Shown here: piece after piece, positions 1 through 13,580 of the stretch
How positions within the stretch are numbered: the first letter of the stretch is position 1
Layout of the letters: every line of letters starts with the position of its first letter
Source of the DNA: Eledone cirrhosa
Taxonomy: Eukaryota
Assembly (NCBI GenBank): GCA_964016885.1
Contig: OZ024760.1
Coordinates: forward strand, 20,894,001-20,958,000
DNA: 64,000 nucleotides
Reading direction: 5' to 3'
Translations under genes and position numbers: made by a program
Notes under the pieces: model-generated
What the model was told of the DNA's origin: nothing
Seen by the model: the letters and a program-made list of their open reading frames with translations, nothing else
Database searches by the model: none

Positions 1-172
1 TTTAGAAGTTTCGGTTCAACCAACCTTGAAATATATGTGGCTCTGATATGATAACCTTGTAGCACCACTATATATACACATTATCACATTTTACACAACA
101 CTGACTTCTCGCCACACTTGAATGTTTTCTATGATTGTGTGTGTGTGGTGTGTGTGTGTGGTGTGTGTGTGT

Positions 173-262
<90 letters not shown>

Positions 263-349
263 CAATTTATTTTTAGAAACTTTGAGTGAGTTACGAATAT
301 TTTGAAAATTCAGTTAACGGAGAGTTAACAGCTACAACACGTTTTTCCT

Positions 350-970
350 ACACACATATATATATATACATACATCCATCCATACATATATATATATACA
401 TACATCCATCCATACATATATATGTATATATACATATACATACACATATATATATATACATATACATACATCCATATATATATACATACATCCATATATA
501 TATACATATATATACGTATACATCCATCCACATATATATATATACATATACATCCATCCATATATATATATACATATACATCCATCCATATATATATATA
601 CATATACATCCATCCATATATATATATACATATACATCCATCCATATATATATATACATATACATCCATCCATATATATATATACATCCATCCATATATA
701 TATATACATATACATACATCCATATATATATATATATATACATATACATACATCCATATATATATACATACACCCATATATATATATACATATACATACA
801 TGCATATTTATATATATATATACACATATACATACATCCATATATATATACATACACCCATATATATATATACATATACATACATGCATATTTATATATA
901 TATATACACACATATACACACAGACACACACATTTATATACACACATATATATATATATGTATATATATA
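350..970. repeat. Compound (TA)/(CA)/CATC microsatellite; similar tracts at 15075-16090, 48300-49460, 52545-52780 and 53165-53760
   Basis: Direct inspection. Confidence 0.95.
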
Positions 971-1007
971 TAAAAGGTACAAGAGATGAACCTTGAGTGG
1001 GTATGTG

Positions 1008-1047
<40 letters not shown>

Positions 1048-1554
1048 GCACAAGAGATGCACCTTGTGTGTGTGTGTGTATGTGTGTGTGAACGCAATGA
1101 AAAAAAAAACAAACTAGATCTTGTACTTACGCTTGAAAAATTAACAGCAATCCATTCCATGTAAACCACTATATACTCACCTGAGCAACTGCAGGGTGAG
1201 CAATCTACACAGGTAGATATATAGGTAGGTTTATAACCTGCTAAACTTACCTGTTGCTGACATGTCACCCAGTAAACTTACCTTTTACCTGCATGTTAAC
1301 ACACATATAATGATATGTAACACAATATGAGACCAATGTAAAATAAACGGAAAAAATATAATACCCAAGACCAAAAAAGTAAAGCCAATTGCAAGGGGGA
1401 GAAATGGGGGTTAATGAAATTAATTACATGCAGTGTGGGGTTAATTACATGCTGTGTGGGGTTAATTAAAGCCAGGGGAGTCACAGACAGTATAAGCAAT
1501 GGGTCATATACAATGGATGGACATGTATGGAGCCACCACCTACTGAGTAGTTAT

Positions 1555-2400
1555 AGGGACACTGTGACATGAGGAGAGACTATGGCACAGTGATACACTG
1601 ACATGGTGGCACTGTGACATGAGGGGACATTATGGCACAGTGACACTATGACACGGTGGCACTATGTCACAGTGACACTGTGACATGAGGAGAGACTATG
1701 GCACAATGACACTGACATGGTGGCACTGTGACATGAGGGGACACTATGGCACAGTGACACTATGACACGGTGGCACTATGTCACAGTGACACTGTGACAT
1801 GAGGAGAGACTATGGCACAATGACACTGACATGGTGGCACTGTGACATGAGGGGACACTATGGCACAGTGACACTATGACACGGTGGCACTGTGACATGA
1901 GGGGACACTATGGCACAGTGACACTATGACACGGTGGCACTATGTCACAGTGACACTGTGACACGAGGGGACACTATGGCACAGTGACACTATGACACGG
2001 TGGCACTGTGACATGAGGGGACACTATGGCACAGTGACACTATGACACGGTGGCACTGTGACATGAGGGGACACTATGGCACAGTGACACTATGACACGG
2101 TGGCACTGTGACATGAGGGGACACTATGGCACAGTGACACTATGACATGGTGGCACTGTGACATGAGGAGAGACTATGGCATGGTGGCACTGTGACATGA
2201 GGGGACACTATGGCACAGTGACACTATGACACGGTGACATGAGGGGGCACTATGTCACAGTGACACTGTGACACGAGGGGACACTATGGCACAGTGACAC
2301 TATGACATGGTGGCACTGTGACATGAGGGGACACTATGGCACAGTGACACTATGACACGGTGGCACTGTGACATGAGGGGACACTATGGCACAGTGCCAC
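1555..2400. repeat. Minisatellite of about 50 bp (GACACTATGGCACAGTGACACTATGACACGGTGGCACTGTGACATGAGGG)
   Basis: Direct tandem repetition built from GACACT(A/G)TG sub-repeats. Confidence 0.95.
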
Positions 2401-2771
2401 TGCTGTAACCTATAATCTGTGACAATGTATTTACCAGTGGCAGGAAGCTGTCAACTCGAAAGATACCACAAACTGTTTAATCCAACACGTTAACCATTCC
2501 ACCAGTCCCCCTAGATTGGTACTTTGTTACCAACCATGAAAGGATAAAATGTTGACTCCGGTAGAATTTGAACTCAGAGAGCTGAATACTACAAACCATC
2601 CAGTCGAACTTTCCCCCTGGGCTGGTACTCAGTGCTGGTACTCAGTGCTGGACTCACCTATAAGCTATAGCTTAGGGTCACACACACTCAGGAGGGCCTC
2701 ATTTCTTAAAATATAACATTTTATAATACATTTTTATTAACACTAAATCATCATATATATATGTGTGTAGT

Positions 2772-2920
2772 GATAATTGATTCTACTTTTGGCACAAGGC
2801 CAGCAATTATCCCAGTGAATTACTGGTACTTTATTTTATTGACCCTGTAAGGATGAAAGGCAAAGTTAACCGCGGCAGGATTTGAACTCAGAATGGCAAG
2901 GGCCGTAACTCTATGCGTGT
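2772..2920 (-). mobile_element. SINE family B, partial
   Basis: Reverse complement of the family B body. Confidence 0.75.
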
Positions 2921-2964
2921 AGTAATAATAAATACAAAGACTAAAATCCAAAGAGGACTTGATA

Positions 2965-3377
<413 letters not shown>

Positions 3378-3676
3378 CATTTAGGTTTGTTGGTTCACCA
3401 CTGGATAGAACTGGTCATTCCGTATGGTCAACCTCGGCGTAATATTAGGGAGAGCACTCAACGTAATGCAACTCACCCGTCTTCGTTTGTGTTGTTGGTG
3501 GTGCGAGTACAGAGTTAATCATTATAAAATAACAAGGGCGGCCAACCGGACTGGAAACTGTTAAATGTTTGGCCGGTCATTGAAATACTCATAGTATAAT
3601 AAACCTCTGAGGAATTACACCAGTCCAGCCTCTTGCTATTTTATAATATATATATATATATAATAGTTATATATAT

Positions 3677-3868
3677 AACAAAGGAAATGTGGTAAGGAAC
3701 CAGATGGACCATAACGCACCAAAGTACTCAATACTTAGGGTAGTAGAGTGGGTAATAGGAACCAGTAAGACCCCGACGGCTGAGCTCAAGCCGTTTCGAC
3801 GGCTAATTCTGGACTGGATTAGCCGTCGAATGGCTTGAGCTCTGCCGTCGGGGTCATACTTGTTCCTA
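3677..3868 (-). mobile_element. Fold-back family C (copies at 19838-20028, 45657-45836, 46397-46589, 60916-61061; fragment at 9382-9420)
   Basis: Shared GGAAATGTGGTAAGGAACCAG...GTACTCAATACTTAGGG tail followed by a hairpin; all copies are in (TA)n. Confidence 0.8.
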
Positions 3869-3913
3869 TATATATATATATAAAAGTTATTCCTGGTTGA
3901 ATCGGAGGTAACT

Positions 3914-3964
3914 AGTTTCCTGATGATTTCTCATGGATGAAACAGTTCTAGTCCTGTAGAAGCT
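3914..3964 (+). ncRNA. Type I hammerhead ribozyme motif, same family as 8650
   Basis: AGUUUC-CUGAUGA-U UUC[UCAU]GGA U-GAAA-CAG...CUG-UA^GAAGCU; stems I and II covary with the 8650 copy. Confidence 0.75.
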
Positions 3965-4007
3965 CCTCTATATTTAAATATATATATATATATTTATATA
4001 TATATAT

Positions 4008-4416
4008 ATTAAAGAGTTAAACAAGATTCAATGAGTACATCAAAGAATGAGTTTTACAGTAGATTGGAAGCACTCTACAGTTAAAATAATTTTCCAGAGT
4101 TATTAATATTAAAATACAAATATTAATAAAATAGATGTTCTTTTGATCAATTAAATTTTATTATACATATTTCAGAGGTACAACAGTACGTCCTCATCAG
4201 ACAAAATATAATGATACATGACATACCCAAAGATGTTAAATGGTTAACATTTAATCATCTACCTTGATTAAATCTTAACCATTTAACATCTCAGGGTATG
4301 TCATGTATCATTATATTTTGTCTGATGAGGACATACTGTTGTACCTCTGAAATATGTATAATAAAATTTAATTGATCAAAAGAACATCTATCTTATTAAT
4401 ATTTGTATTTTAATAT
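4008..4416. mobile_element. Fold-back element: about 310-bp palindrome (4106-4416) plus one-sided tail
   Basis: Arms are reverse complements, with (TA)n on both sides and a hammerhead on each arm. Confidence 0.8.
4315..4367 (+). ncRNA. Type I hammerhead ribozyme motif (twin on - strand at 4155-4207)
   Basis: AUUUUGU-CUGAUGA-stem II-GAAA-U[AUGU]A-UA^AUAAAAU. Confidence 0.7.
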
Positions 4417-5089
4417 ATATATATATATATATAATTTATTTATTCCTTAATAACAATATATAAAAAAATAATCATGTATAATTATTTAAAATTTTTTACT
4501 GAAATATGTTTTGGAGAAGGGCCTCAACAGGTGGTAGCCTGACTCTCCTGGTACTTTTATCAAAGCCAAAAGTATAGAAGACAAAGGTGAGTTCAGTGGG
4601 AACTCCATATAACTGGAACCATACAATTGGAACAGACACTGTTAACACTGTAACAACTCTGCTAACTCACCAAACATTATACCGTGAAATTCTGTTATAG
4701 CGAGATCCACGTAACACATCGTGTGGCAGGGGATACAGGTAAAATGTTTGTTATAACGAACATTTTACCTGTATTACTTTTATTTCAGGGGAGTAAAACC
4801 TTGTAGGGGTGGAGAGGAGAGGGGGGGGGGGTCCGTTGTTGTTTAACTTTGTATAATACTGTTATCTTTCATATGATAGCTGTGTCCCCTTGTGTGTGTG
4901 TCCCTCCTTGTGTGTGTGTGTGTGTCCCTCGTGTGTGTGTGTGTGTCCCCCCCCTTGTGTGTGTGTGCCCCCTTGTGTATGTATTGTGTGTCCATCTCCT
5001 TGTGTGCCTCCTCTTATGTGTGTCTCTCCTTGTGTGTGTGTGTGTGTGTCCCCTTGTGTGTGTGTGCCTCCTTGTGTATGTATTGTGTG

Positions 5090-6816
5090 TGTGTGAATGT
5101 GTCTATATATCCCAAGGTATATATGTGTCTATATATCCCAAGGTATGTGTGTGAATGTGTGTGTATATGCCAAGGTATGTATGTGAATGTGTGTGTATAT
5201 GCCAAGGTATGTGTGTGAATGTGTGTGTATATGCCAAGGTATGTGTGTGAATGTGTGTGTATATGCCAAGGTATGTGTGTGAATGTGTCTGTATATGCCA
5301 AGGTATGTGTGTGAATGTGTCTGTATATCCCAAGGTATGTGTGTGAATGTGTGTGTATATGCCAAGGTATGTGTGTGAATGTGTGTGTATATGCCAAGGT
5401 ATGTGTGTGAATGTGTGTGTATATGCCAAGGTATGTGTGTGAATGTGTGTGTATATGCCAAGGTATGTGTGTGAATGTGTCTGTATATGCCAAGGTATGT
5501 GTGTGTGTGTGTGTGTATATGCCAAGCTATATGTGCGTGTGTGTGTGTGTGTGTGTGTATATCCCAAAGTATGTGTGTGAATGTGTGTGTATATGCCAAG
5601 GTATGTGTGTGAATGTGTCTGTATATGCCAAGGTATGTGTGTGAATGTGTGTGTATATGCCAAGGTATGTGTGTGAATGTGTGTGTATATGCCAAGGTAT
5701 GTGTGTGAATGTGTGTGTATATGCCAAGGTATGTGTGTGAATGTGTATATGCCAAGGTATGTGTGTGAATGTGTATATGCCAAGGTATGTGTGTGAATGT
5801 GTGTGTATATGCCAAGGTATGTGTGTGAATGTGTGTGTATATGCCAAGGTATGTGTGTGAATGTGTGTGTATATGCCAAGGTATGTGTGTGTGTGTGTGT
5901 GTATATGCCAAGGTATGTGTGTGAATGTGTCTGTATATCCCAAGGTATGTGTGTGAATGTGTGTGTATATGCCAAGGTATGTGTGTGAATGTGTCTGTAT
6001 ATCCCAAGGTATGTGTGTGAATGTGTGTGTATATGCCAAGGTATGTGTGTGAATGTGTCTGTATATCCCAAGGTATGTGTGTGAATGTGTGTGTATATGC
6101 CAAGGTATGTGTGTGAATGTGTGTGTATATGCCAAGGTATGTGTGTGAATGTGTGTGTATATCCCAAGGTATGTGTGTGAATGTGTGTGTATATGCCAAG
6201 GTATGTGTGTGAATGTGTGTGTATATGCCAAGGTATGTGTGTGAATGTGTCTGTATATGCCAAGGTATGTGTGTGTGTGTGTGTGTGTATATGCCAAGCT
6301 ATATGTGTGTGTGTGTGTGTGTGTGTGTATCCCAAAGTATGTGTGTGAATGTGTGTGTATATGCCAAGGTATGTATGTGAATGTGTGTGTATATGCCAAG
6401 GTATGTGTGTGAATGTGTGTGTATATGCCAAGGTATGTGTGTGAATGTGTGTGTATATGCCAAGGTATGTATGTGAATGTGTCTGTATATCCCAAGGTAT
6501 GTGTGTGAATGTGTGTGTATATGCCAAGGTATGTGTGTGAATGTGTCTGTATATCCCAAGGTATGTGTGTGAATGTGTGTGTATATGCCAAGGTATGTGT
6601 GTGAATGTGTCTGTATATCCCAAGGTATGTGTGTGAATGTGTGTGTATATGCCAAGGTATGTGTGTGAATGTGTGTGTATATGCCAAGGTATGTGTGTGA
6701 ATGTGTGTGTATATCCCAAGGTATGTGTGTGAATGTGTGTGTATATGCCAAGGTATGTGTGTGAATGTGTCTGTATATGCCAAGGTATGTGTGTGTGTGT
6801 GTGTGTATATGCCAAG

Positions 6817-6854
<38 letters not shown>

Positions 6855-7484
6855 CCCAAGGTATGTGTGTGAATGTGTGTGTATATGCCAAGGTATGTGT
6901 GTATATGCCAAGGTATGTGTGTGAATGTGTATATGCCAAGGTATGTGTGTGAATGTGTGTGTATATGCCAAGGTATGTGTGTGAATGTGTGTGTATATGC
7001 CAAGGTATGTGTGTGTGTGTGTGTATATGCCAAGGTATGTGTGTGAATGTGTCTGTATATCCCAAGGTGTGTGTGTGTGTGTGTATATCCCAAGGTATGT
7101 GTGTGAATGTGTATGTATATCCCAAGGTATGTGTGTATGTGTGTATATGCCAAGGTATGTGTGTGAATGTGTCTGTATATCCCAAGGTGTGTGTGTGTGT
7201 GTGTGTATGCCAAGGTATGTGTGTGAATGTGTATATGCCAAGGTATGTGTGTGAATGTGTCTGTATATCCCAAGGTGTGTGTGTGAATGTGTGTGTATAT
7301 GCCAAGGTATGTGTGTGTGTGTGTGTGTATATGCCAAGGTATGTGTGTGAATGTGTCTGTATATCCCAAGGTGTGTGTGTGTGTATATCCCAAGGTATGT
7401 GTGTGAATGTGTATGTATATCCCAAGGTATGTGTGTATGTGTGTATATGCCAAGGTATGTGTGTGAATGTGTCTGTATATCCCA

Positions 7485-7533
<49 letters not shown>

Positions 7534-7555
7534 CCAAGGTATGTGTGTGAATGCG
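5090..7555. repeat. Minisatellite of about 32 bp (TATATGCCAAGGTATGTGTGTGAATGTGTGTG)
   Basis: Tandem array derived from a microsatellite. Confidence 0.95.
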
Positions 7556-7976
7556 TGTGTTATTTAGTTCCCAGTTGGAAGAACTACTTCATGGCAACAA
7601 TTGTTTAAAACTCATCGATTAAAAAACAACAACAAAAACATTAAAGATAACCCCAAAGTATTTTCGTTTTACAAACCCAGGGGCACAGGATCCCCTACCC
7701 CTTCCCGTAATTACTACCATCATCATCATAGTCCTTGTCAGAGACATTATTATAATCAACATCTCATACCCACTCTCACTGCCATCACCACCATCGTCTC
7801 ATCACCATCAAGGCCAACATTATCATCACGGCCATCATCATCATCAACATCATCACCTCATTACCACAGTCATCACATCACCATGGTCACCATCTTATCA
7901 CCATGGCCACCATCATTCATTTACTTCATCTATGTGAAAGTAAGTCAGATCACTGTGGTTGAATACAATTCAAGAA

Positions 7977-8021
<45 letters not shown>

Positions 8022-8025
<4 letters not shown>

Positions 8026-8516
8026 GTACTTTGGGAGGGTCATGTTGCCTATAAGAAACACATGCACCAGTTGCTTTCACTTCAATTTATTATAAATTTT
8101 ACAAATATAAATTTTATAAATTTCCAGTTGGTTGGTTGGTTCCACAACCGGATGGTTGTTCATATATAGTCAAAGTTCTTTCATCACACATTCTGTGACA
8201 TCTTCAGTAACCGGGGATTCTTTTCTTTGTTTTGTGCCTCTCCTTTGTTCTGTCCTACGCCATCTTGTTTTTGTGTGTGAACACACACAAAAAAAACAAG
8301 GTGGCGTAGGAGAGGCACAAAACAAAGGAAAGAATCCCCAGTCACTGAAGAGGTCACAGAATGTGTGACGAAAGAACTTTGACACTATATGAACAACCAT
8401 CCGGTTGTGGAACCAACCAACCAACTGGAAATTTATAAAATTTATAATAAATTGAAATGAAAGCAACTGGTGCATGTGTTTCTTATTGGCAACATGACCC
8501 TCCCAAAGTATAACAA
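8022..8516. mobile_element. Fold-back element centred near 8280
   Basis: Near-complete palindrome between (TA)n tracts; a shorter diverged relative lies at 23150-23360. Confidence 0.8.
8341..8383 (+). ncRNA. Type I hammerhead ribozyme motif (degenerate twin on - strand at 8169-8211)
   Basis: GUCA-CUGAAGA-G GUCAC..GUGAC-GAAA-G[AA]C-UU^UGAC. Confidence 0.6.
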
Positions 8517-8539
8517 TATATATATATATATATATATAT

Positions 8540-8757
8540 ACAGGTTCTTGAATTGTATTCAACCAAGTTTGTCCCGAGTTCAATCAGGGGTAACCACAGT
8601 AAGTAAGGTACTCAATACAAAGCAGAGTATATATATTTAATATAGAAAAGGCTTCTACAGGACTAGAACTGTTTCATTCGGGAGAAATCATCAGGAAGCC
8701 CTGATGATTTCTCCCGAATGAAACAGTTCTAGTCTTGTAGAAGCCTTTCTATATTAT
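8540..8757. mobile_element. Fold-back element plus tail (relative at 32978-33140)
   Basis: Palindrome at 8640-8755, with a tail containing GTACTCAATAC. Confidence 0.75.
8650..8700 (-). ncRNA. Type I hammerhead ribozyme motif
   Basis: GGCUUC-CUGAUGA-U UUC[UCCC]GAA U-GAAA-CAG[UUCUAGUC]CUG-UA^GAAGCC. Confidence 0.75.
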
Positions 8758-8989
8758 ATGTATGTATGTGTGTGTGGGGGGGGGGGGAGTAGAACACTGG
8801 TGGGTTATATCCGTAGTAATAGAGCACTCAGTCCATGGGACGAGTTTGGTAGAAGTAGTTCCACAACAGTTAGTTCACCATTTCCGAGAACAATTTCTTT
8901 CATCTCTAACAGATCCTCAGCTTGGTTTAAACGAGATAACACAGAAAAGTGTTATCTCATTAAAACTACTTCTATATATCATTTCATAA

Positions 8990-9372
8990 TCATTTCATTT
9001 TACATCCGCTTTTTCCCTGCTTGCAACGGTGGGACGGGAACTGATTCTGGCTTGATTTCTACAGCTGGATGCCCTTCCTAACACCAACCTCATTTACAGT
9101 GAGTGCTGGGTGCTTTTTTGCCGTGGCGCCTACACGTCCACTTTACAGTGTGGGCTGGGTGCTTTTTTTTGCCGTGGCACCTACACATCCACTTTGCAGT
9201 GGAATGATATGGACCCCAGTCCCTATCATCTCATTTCTACAGCTGAGTAAACTGGAGCAATGTGAAATAAAGTGTCTTGCTCAAGGAAACAACACATCAC
9301 CCGGTCTGAGAATTGAACTCACAACCTTTCGATTGTAAGGCCAATGCTCTAACCACTAAGCCATGTGCCTCC
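8990..9372 (-). mobile_element. SINE family A
   Basis: Reverse complement of the 33681 copy. Confidence 0.9.
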
Positions 9373-9754
9373 ATATATATATAGGAAAAGAGTTAGGACC
9401 CCGATGGCTGAGCTCCAGTATATATATAGATATTGTCTCACAAAATTGTTTGTTTTGTAGCTTAACGGCTATAAATTACTGTTTGTCTTTCATCTCTTAC
9501 TCCTTTGGACAGTGTTTGGCTTATGTCAGACACTGTGACACAGCAGTACCATTGGTAGGGTCGAAACTGCCCGAGTCCATCTCAATGGCCGATGACCCTG
9601 GAGTTATGTGGCCTTCGTTTGTATGTTTATTTTAAAAATATTTTTTAAGGTTTCCCCTTAAAAACATTATTTTACATTTTGTTTTGTTTCCATTCGTTGT
9701 CTCATCCTACTTTGTTAATTTTCTTTATATATATATATATATATACATATATAT

Positions 9755-9945
9755 ATCATCATCATCATCATCATCATTATATTTTACGTCCACTTTTTCC
9801 CTGCTTGCAAGGGTGGTGGGACGGGAACCGATTCTGGCTTGATTTCTACAGCTGGATGCCCTTCCTAACACCAACCTCATTTACAGTGAGTGCTGGGTCC
9901 TTTTTTGCCGTGGCACCTCCACAACCACTTTGCAGTGGAATGATA
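9755..9945 (-). mobile_element. SINE family A, 5'-truncated
   Basis: 3' half only, with (GAT)n tail. Confidence 0.8.
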
Positions 9946-11124
9946 TATATATATATATATATATATACTGTTTAGTCCAAAAGGGAAGGGGCAGTGCTTT
10001 TGACCCATTTTGGAGTCTCCAACACTGATATGAGGTAGAAGGAGGTGTAGTTAAACAGAGATCAGGCCTGAGTGGACTCTGCTAAAACTATCCACCAACC
10101 CAAGAGCCAGGTGGTTGTGTGTGTGTTGTTCCCTAACCCTAACCCCACTGTATTAATGCAAGAATTAAAAAGAACTTTCAGTAGATGACTTATTATTGAA
10201 GTTCCTCCATCCCAAATTGATTTGATTGACAAGAGATTTTGGTTGGAAACTGTGAGTGTAGTATTATGGCAGGGTCATCTTTGCTGAATATTCTAACACA
10301 GGAAAAAAAAAAGGAGCTGATTGAGAGATCAGTCCAAGGAAAAAAACGCTTCCATTCGACTTTACATTGCTGATACTATCTTTAGATTGTCAGAGTGGAC
10401 CACAATGAAGTGTATGATAAAGTTATATCTGAGACCGCACCAATGTGTATAAATATTATACACAGACTTCATTATATACTCTGTATTTATGCAGAAATAA
10501 CGTTATCGTGTGTGTGTGTGTATGTGTATGAATAAACATACATCCTACTATATCACGCATTAAACTAATATATTTCTTCATTGTACTGTGTTGTTTGCTT
10601 TGTTGTTTCTGTTTACTGTTTTGCATACATATATCCTTCCACATTCATTTTTCATGCTAGCATGGGTTGAGGGTTAGGGTTGAGGGTTAGGGTTGAGGGT
10701 TAGGGTTAGGGTTAGGGTTGAGGGTTAGATGAGTTGCCACAGTTCGAACCGAGGTAAGCCAGCCAACCCTATCCTATGTCTTACTCATATGTTCCATTTT
10801 TGAGCAAGACTTGGTTCACTGACCAGTCAAGTACCTGGCTGTGACAGCCCATGCTAGCATGACGATGACGACGATGATGATGAATATAATAATATACTAT
10901 ATACAAGACAACCTAACAGTTGTCTTGTTTTTAATCTTCATTTTCGGTGGGGTTTTGGTCTTTACTCAGACCTTTGTTTCTGTTTCCCCATTGTGATCCT
11001 GTCTCTATTTTGTACTCATGAAGAAGGACTTAAGCCCGACACGTCAAACTTCCTTTCCTCTTTCCAATATAAAGCGTGAAACTAATAAGACTTTTTGTAC
11101 CTCTGTTTGTTATCTCCTTTAACT

Positions 11125-11161
<37 letters not shown>

Positions 11162-11169
<8 letters not shown>

Positions 11170-11592
11170 TAAACGGAATAGAAAATGCTGACAAATTGTT
11201 CACAGTTGAAAAATGGTTTAATTAGGAATAAAAGAGTATTAGTGATTGTATGGGTTAGTATTCAGTTGTGGTTTTAAGTTTTTAAGTTTTTACCGGTTGC
11301 GCATTTCTAAATGCTTTTCAAAAATAATTTTGAGATAGAGTGTCCGTGTTGTCTGATCAGAGCAAACAACACGGACACTCTATCTCAAAATTATTTTTGA
11401 AAAGCATTTAGAAATGCGCAACCGGTAAAAACTTAAAAACTTAAAACCACAACTGAATACTAACCCATACAATCACTAATACTCTTTTATTCCTAATTAA
11501 ACCATTTTTCAACTGTGAACAATTTGTCAGCATTTTCTATTCCGTTTACCAATATATAATAACTTGTGTGTTACACCTCTATTCTTTTAACT
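11162..11592. mobile_element. Fold-back element with near-identical arms of about 190 bp plus tail
   Basis: 11162-11351 is the reverse complement of 11367-11556; (TA)n flanks. Confidence 0.85.
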
Positions 11593-11611
11593 ATATATAT
11601 ATATATATATT

Positions 11612-11862
11612 CAATGATATTAAATAAATGGAAACTATATTTATAAAACCATATTTATTTGATTATATATATTTCAAGGGTACCAAAACTTTGGTACGCT
11701 TTCATCAGATAAAATATGAAGTGTGTTTTATAAATTTTGACATAACCAAGGAAAATACCTTAACGGTTCAAGTTTTATCTGATGAAAGTGTACCAAAGTT
11801 TTGGTACCCTTGAAATATATATAATACAATAAATATGGTTTTATAAATATAGTTTCCATTTG
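11612..11862. mobile_element. Fold-back element of the PLE-leader family
   Basis: AAATGGAAACTATATTTATAAAACCATATTTATT arms are shared with the 22578 and 47520 elements. Confidence 0.8.
11656..11716 (-). ncRNA. Type I hammerhead ribozyme motif (twin on + strand at about 11773-11829)
   Basis: UAUUUUAU-CUGAUGA-AAG(C)GUACCAA[AGUU]UUGGUAC(C)CUU-GAAA-U[AUAU]A-UA^AUCAAAUA. Confidence 0.7.
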
Positions 11863-11916
11863 TTAAAAGAAAAAATTCAACAGAAACTAAGAAAACACTG
11901 GTCAATTATTATTATG

Positions 11917-12652
11917 TGGTCAGAGGGCGAAAGAAGCAATATAAGGGCCTGCCCACCTTGTACGGCCAGCTACACTTTGGTCAGAGGGTGAAAGAAGCAG
12001 TTTCTGGGTATGTGCCAGCTCTACCTTGGTCAGAGGGCGAAAGAAGCAATATAAGGGCCTGTCCACCTTGTACGGCCAGCTACACCCTGGTCAGAGGGTG
12101 AAAGAAGCAATATGAGGGCCTGCCCACCTCGTACGGCCCGCTACACCCTGGTCAAAGAGCGAAAGAAGCAATATAAGGGCCTGCCCACCTTGTACGGCCA
12201 GAGGGCGAAAGAAGCAATATAAGGGCCTGTCCACCTCGTACGGCCAGCTACACCCTGGTCAAAGAGCGAAAGAAGCAATATAAGGGCCTGTCCACCTCGT
12301 ACGGCCCGCTACACCCTGGTCAGAGGGTGAAAGAAGCAATATAAGGGCCTTCCCACCTTGTACGGCCAGCTACACCCTGGTCAGAGGGCGAAAGAAGCAA
12401 TATAAGGGCCTGCCCACCTTGTACGGCCAGCTACACCCTGGTCAGAGGGCGAAAGAAGCAATATAAGGACCTGCCCACCTTGTACGGCCAGCTACACCCT
12501 GGTCAGAGGGCGAAAGAAGCAATATAAGGGCCTGCCCACCTTGTACGGCCAGCTACACCCTGGTCAGAGGGCGAAAGAAGCAATATAAGGGCCTGTCCAC
12601 CTCGTACGGCTCGCTACACCCTGGTCAGAGGGTGAAAGAAGCAATATGAGGG
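11917..12652. repeat. 61-bp GC-rich tandem repeat
   Basis: GGTCAGAGGGCGAAAGAAGCAATATAAGGGCCTGCCCACCTTGTACGGCCAGCTACACCCT, about 12 copies. Confidence 0.95.
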
Positions 12653-13580
12653 AAAATAAAGTACCAGTAATGCACTGGGTATTTGCTGGCCTTGTGCCGC
12701 CTAAAGTAGAAACAATTATGTATACAGTGCGGTTGATTTAATCGTCTTTCTGCCCTCCTCAACATTGTTAGCCTTATGTCTAAATCAGAAATTATTATGA
12801 CTGTGAGTCATCACTACATTACTAAGCTGCGTGCCTTGGATATGTGCTGTGTTGTTTCTACTGTATTGAGAATACTCTTCATGATATGCGCGCAGTACAC
12901 AGTAGTGTTATGACCTGGGGCTTTGGTTATGTATCTGTCTTTGTGGGGTTTTATCCATCATTTTCAGAGCACCTAGTATTATATGGATTGTTTCTGCTTA
13001 CATCATCCACATCCGGAGAAAAAAATCATTATCATCATCATCATCCTCATCAACAACATAGTGTTTTTTTTATGAAAGATGGGTGGGAGTGGTGAGATTG
13101 ATGAGGCCAAACAGGCCTACTCTGACTAGGTTTTTTTAAGCAGAGGGAAGGAAAAAGATTAATCCGGGGTTGTATATGGGGTTTCTTCTTAAAATTACCC
13201 TAAAGTGCAGTCCCCCCCACCCACTATTGGGGAACTGTCCATAATTGACTGTCACACATTAATCCAGGGTTTTGTGAGATGTTTCTCCCTAGAATTACCC
13301 TAAAGTGCAGTCCCCCCACTAACTGTCCTTGTTAACATTTGTTATTGTTATCCCTACTGTTTTCACTTCAGTAATGTCCCCTTTCTTTTACTTCATGTAA
13401 ACCCCACTTTCTGTTGTCCCTGTATTGTCCCCAATGTCTTGGGTCAGTGGTTTATTACTTTGTCAGTATAGATGGAAAATGCACTGGAATATTTAGTCAT
13501 CTGTCAAGTCACAATAAGGACCTCAGACAGATAATACTTTCCTTAACCCTTTAACATTCACATTATTCTATATATACTAA

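Noticed and set aside
5103-7567. Long His/Thr- or Cys/Val-rich ORFs
   Set aside because: Minisatellite and microsatellite translation artefacts, as are the YI/HT/CV ORFs elsewhere.
9555-9602. Permuted hammerhead (AGGGTCGAAAC...CCGATGACCCT)
   Set aside because: The core is mutated, and the cleavage triplet and stem I register do not fit together.
10190-10300. Possible minus-strand exon (IFSKDDPAIILHSQFPTK...)
   Set aside because: It is a short frame with no recognisable domain or donor, and may be a decayed LINE remnant.
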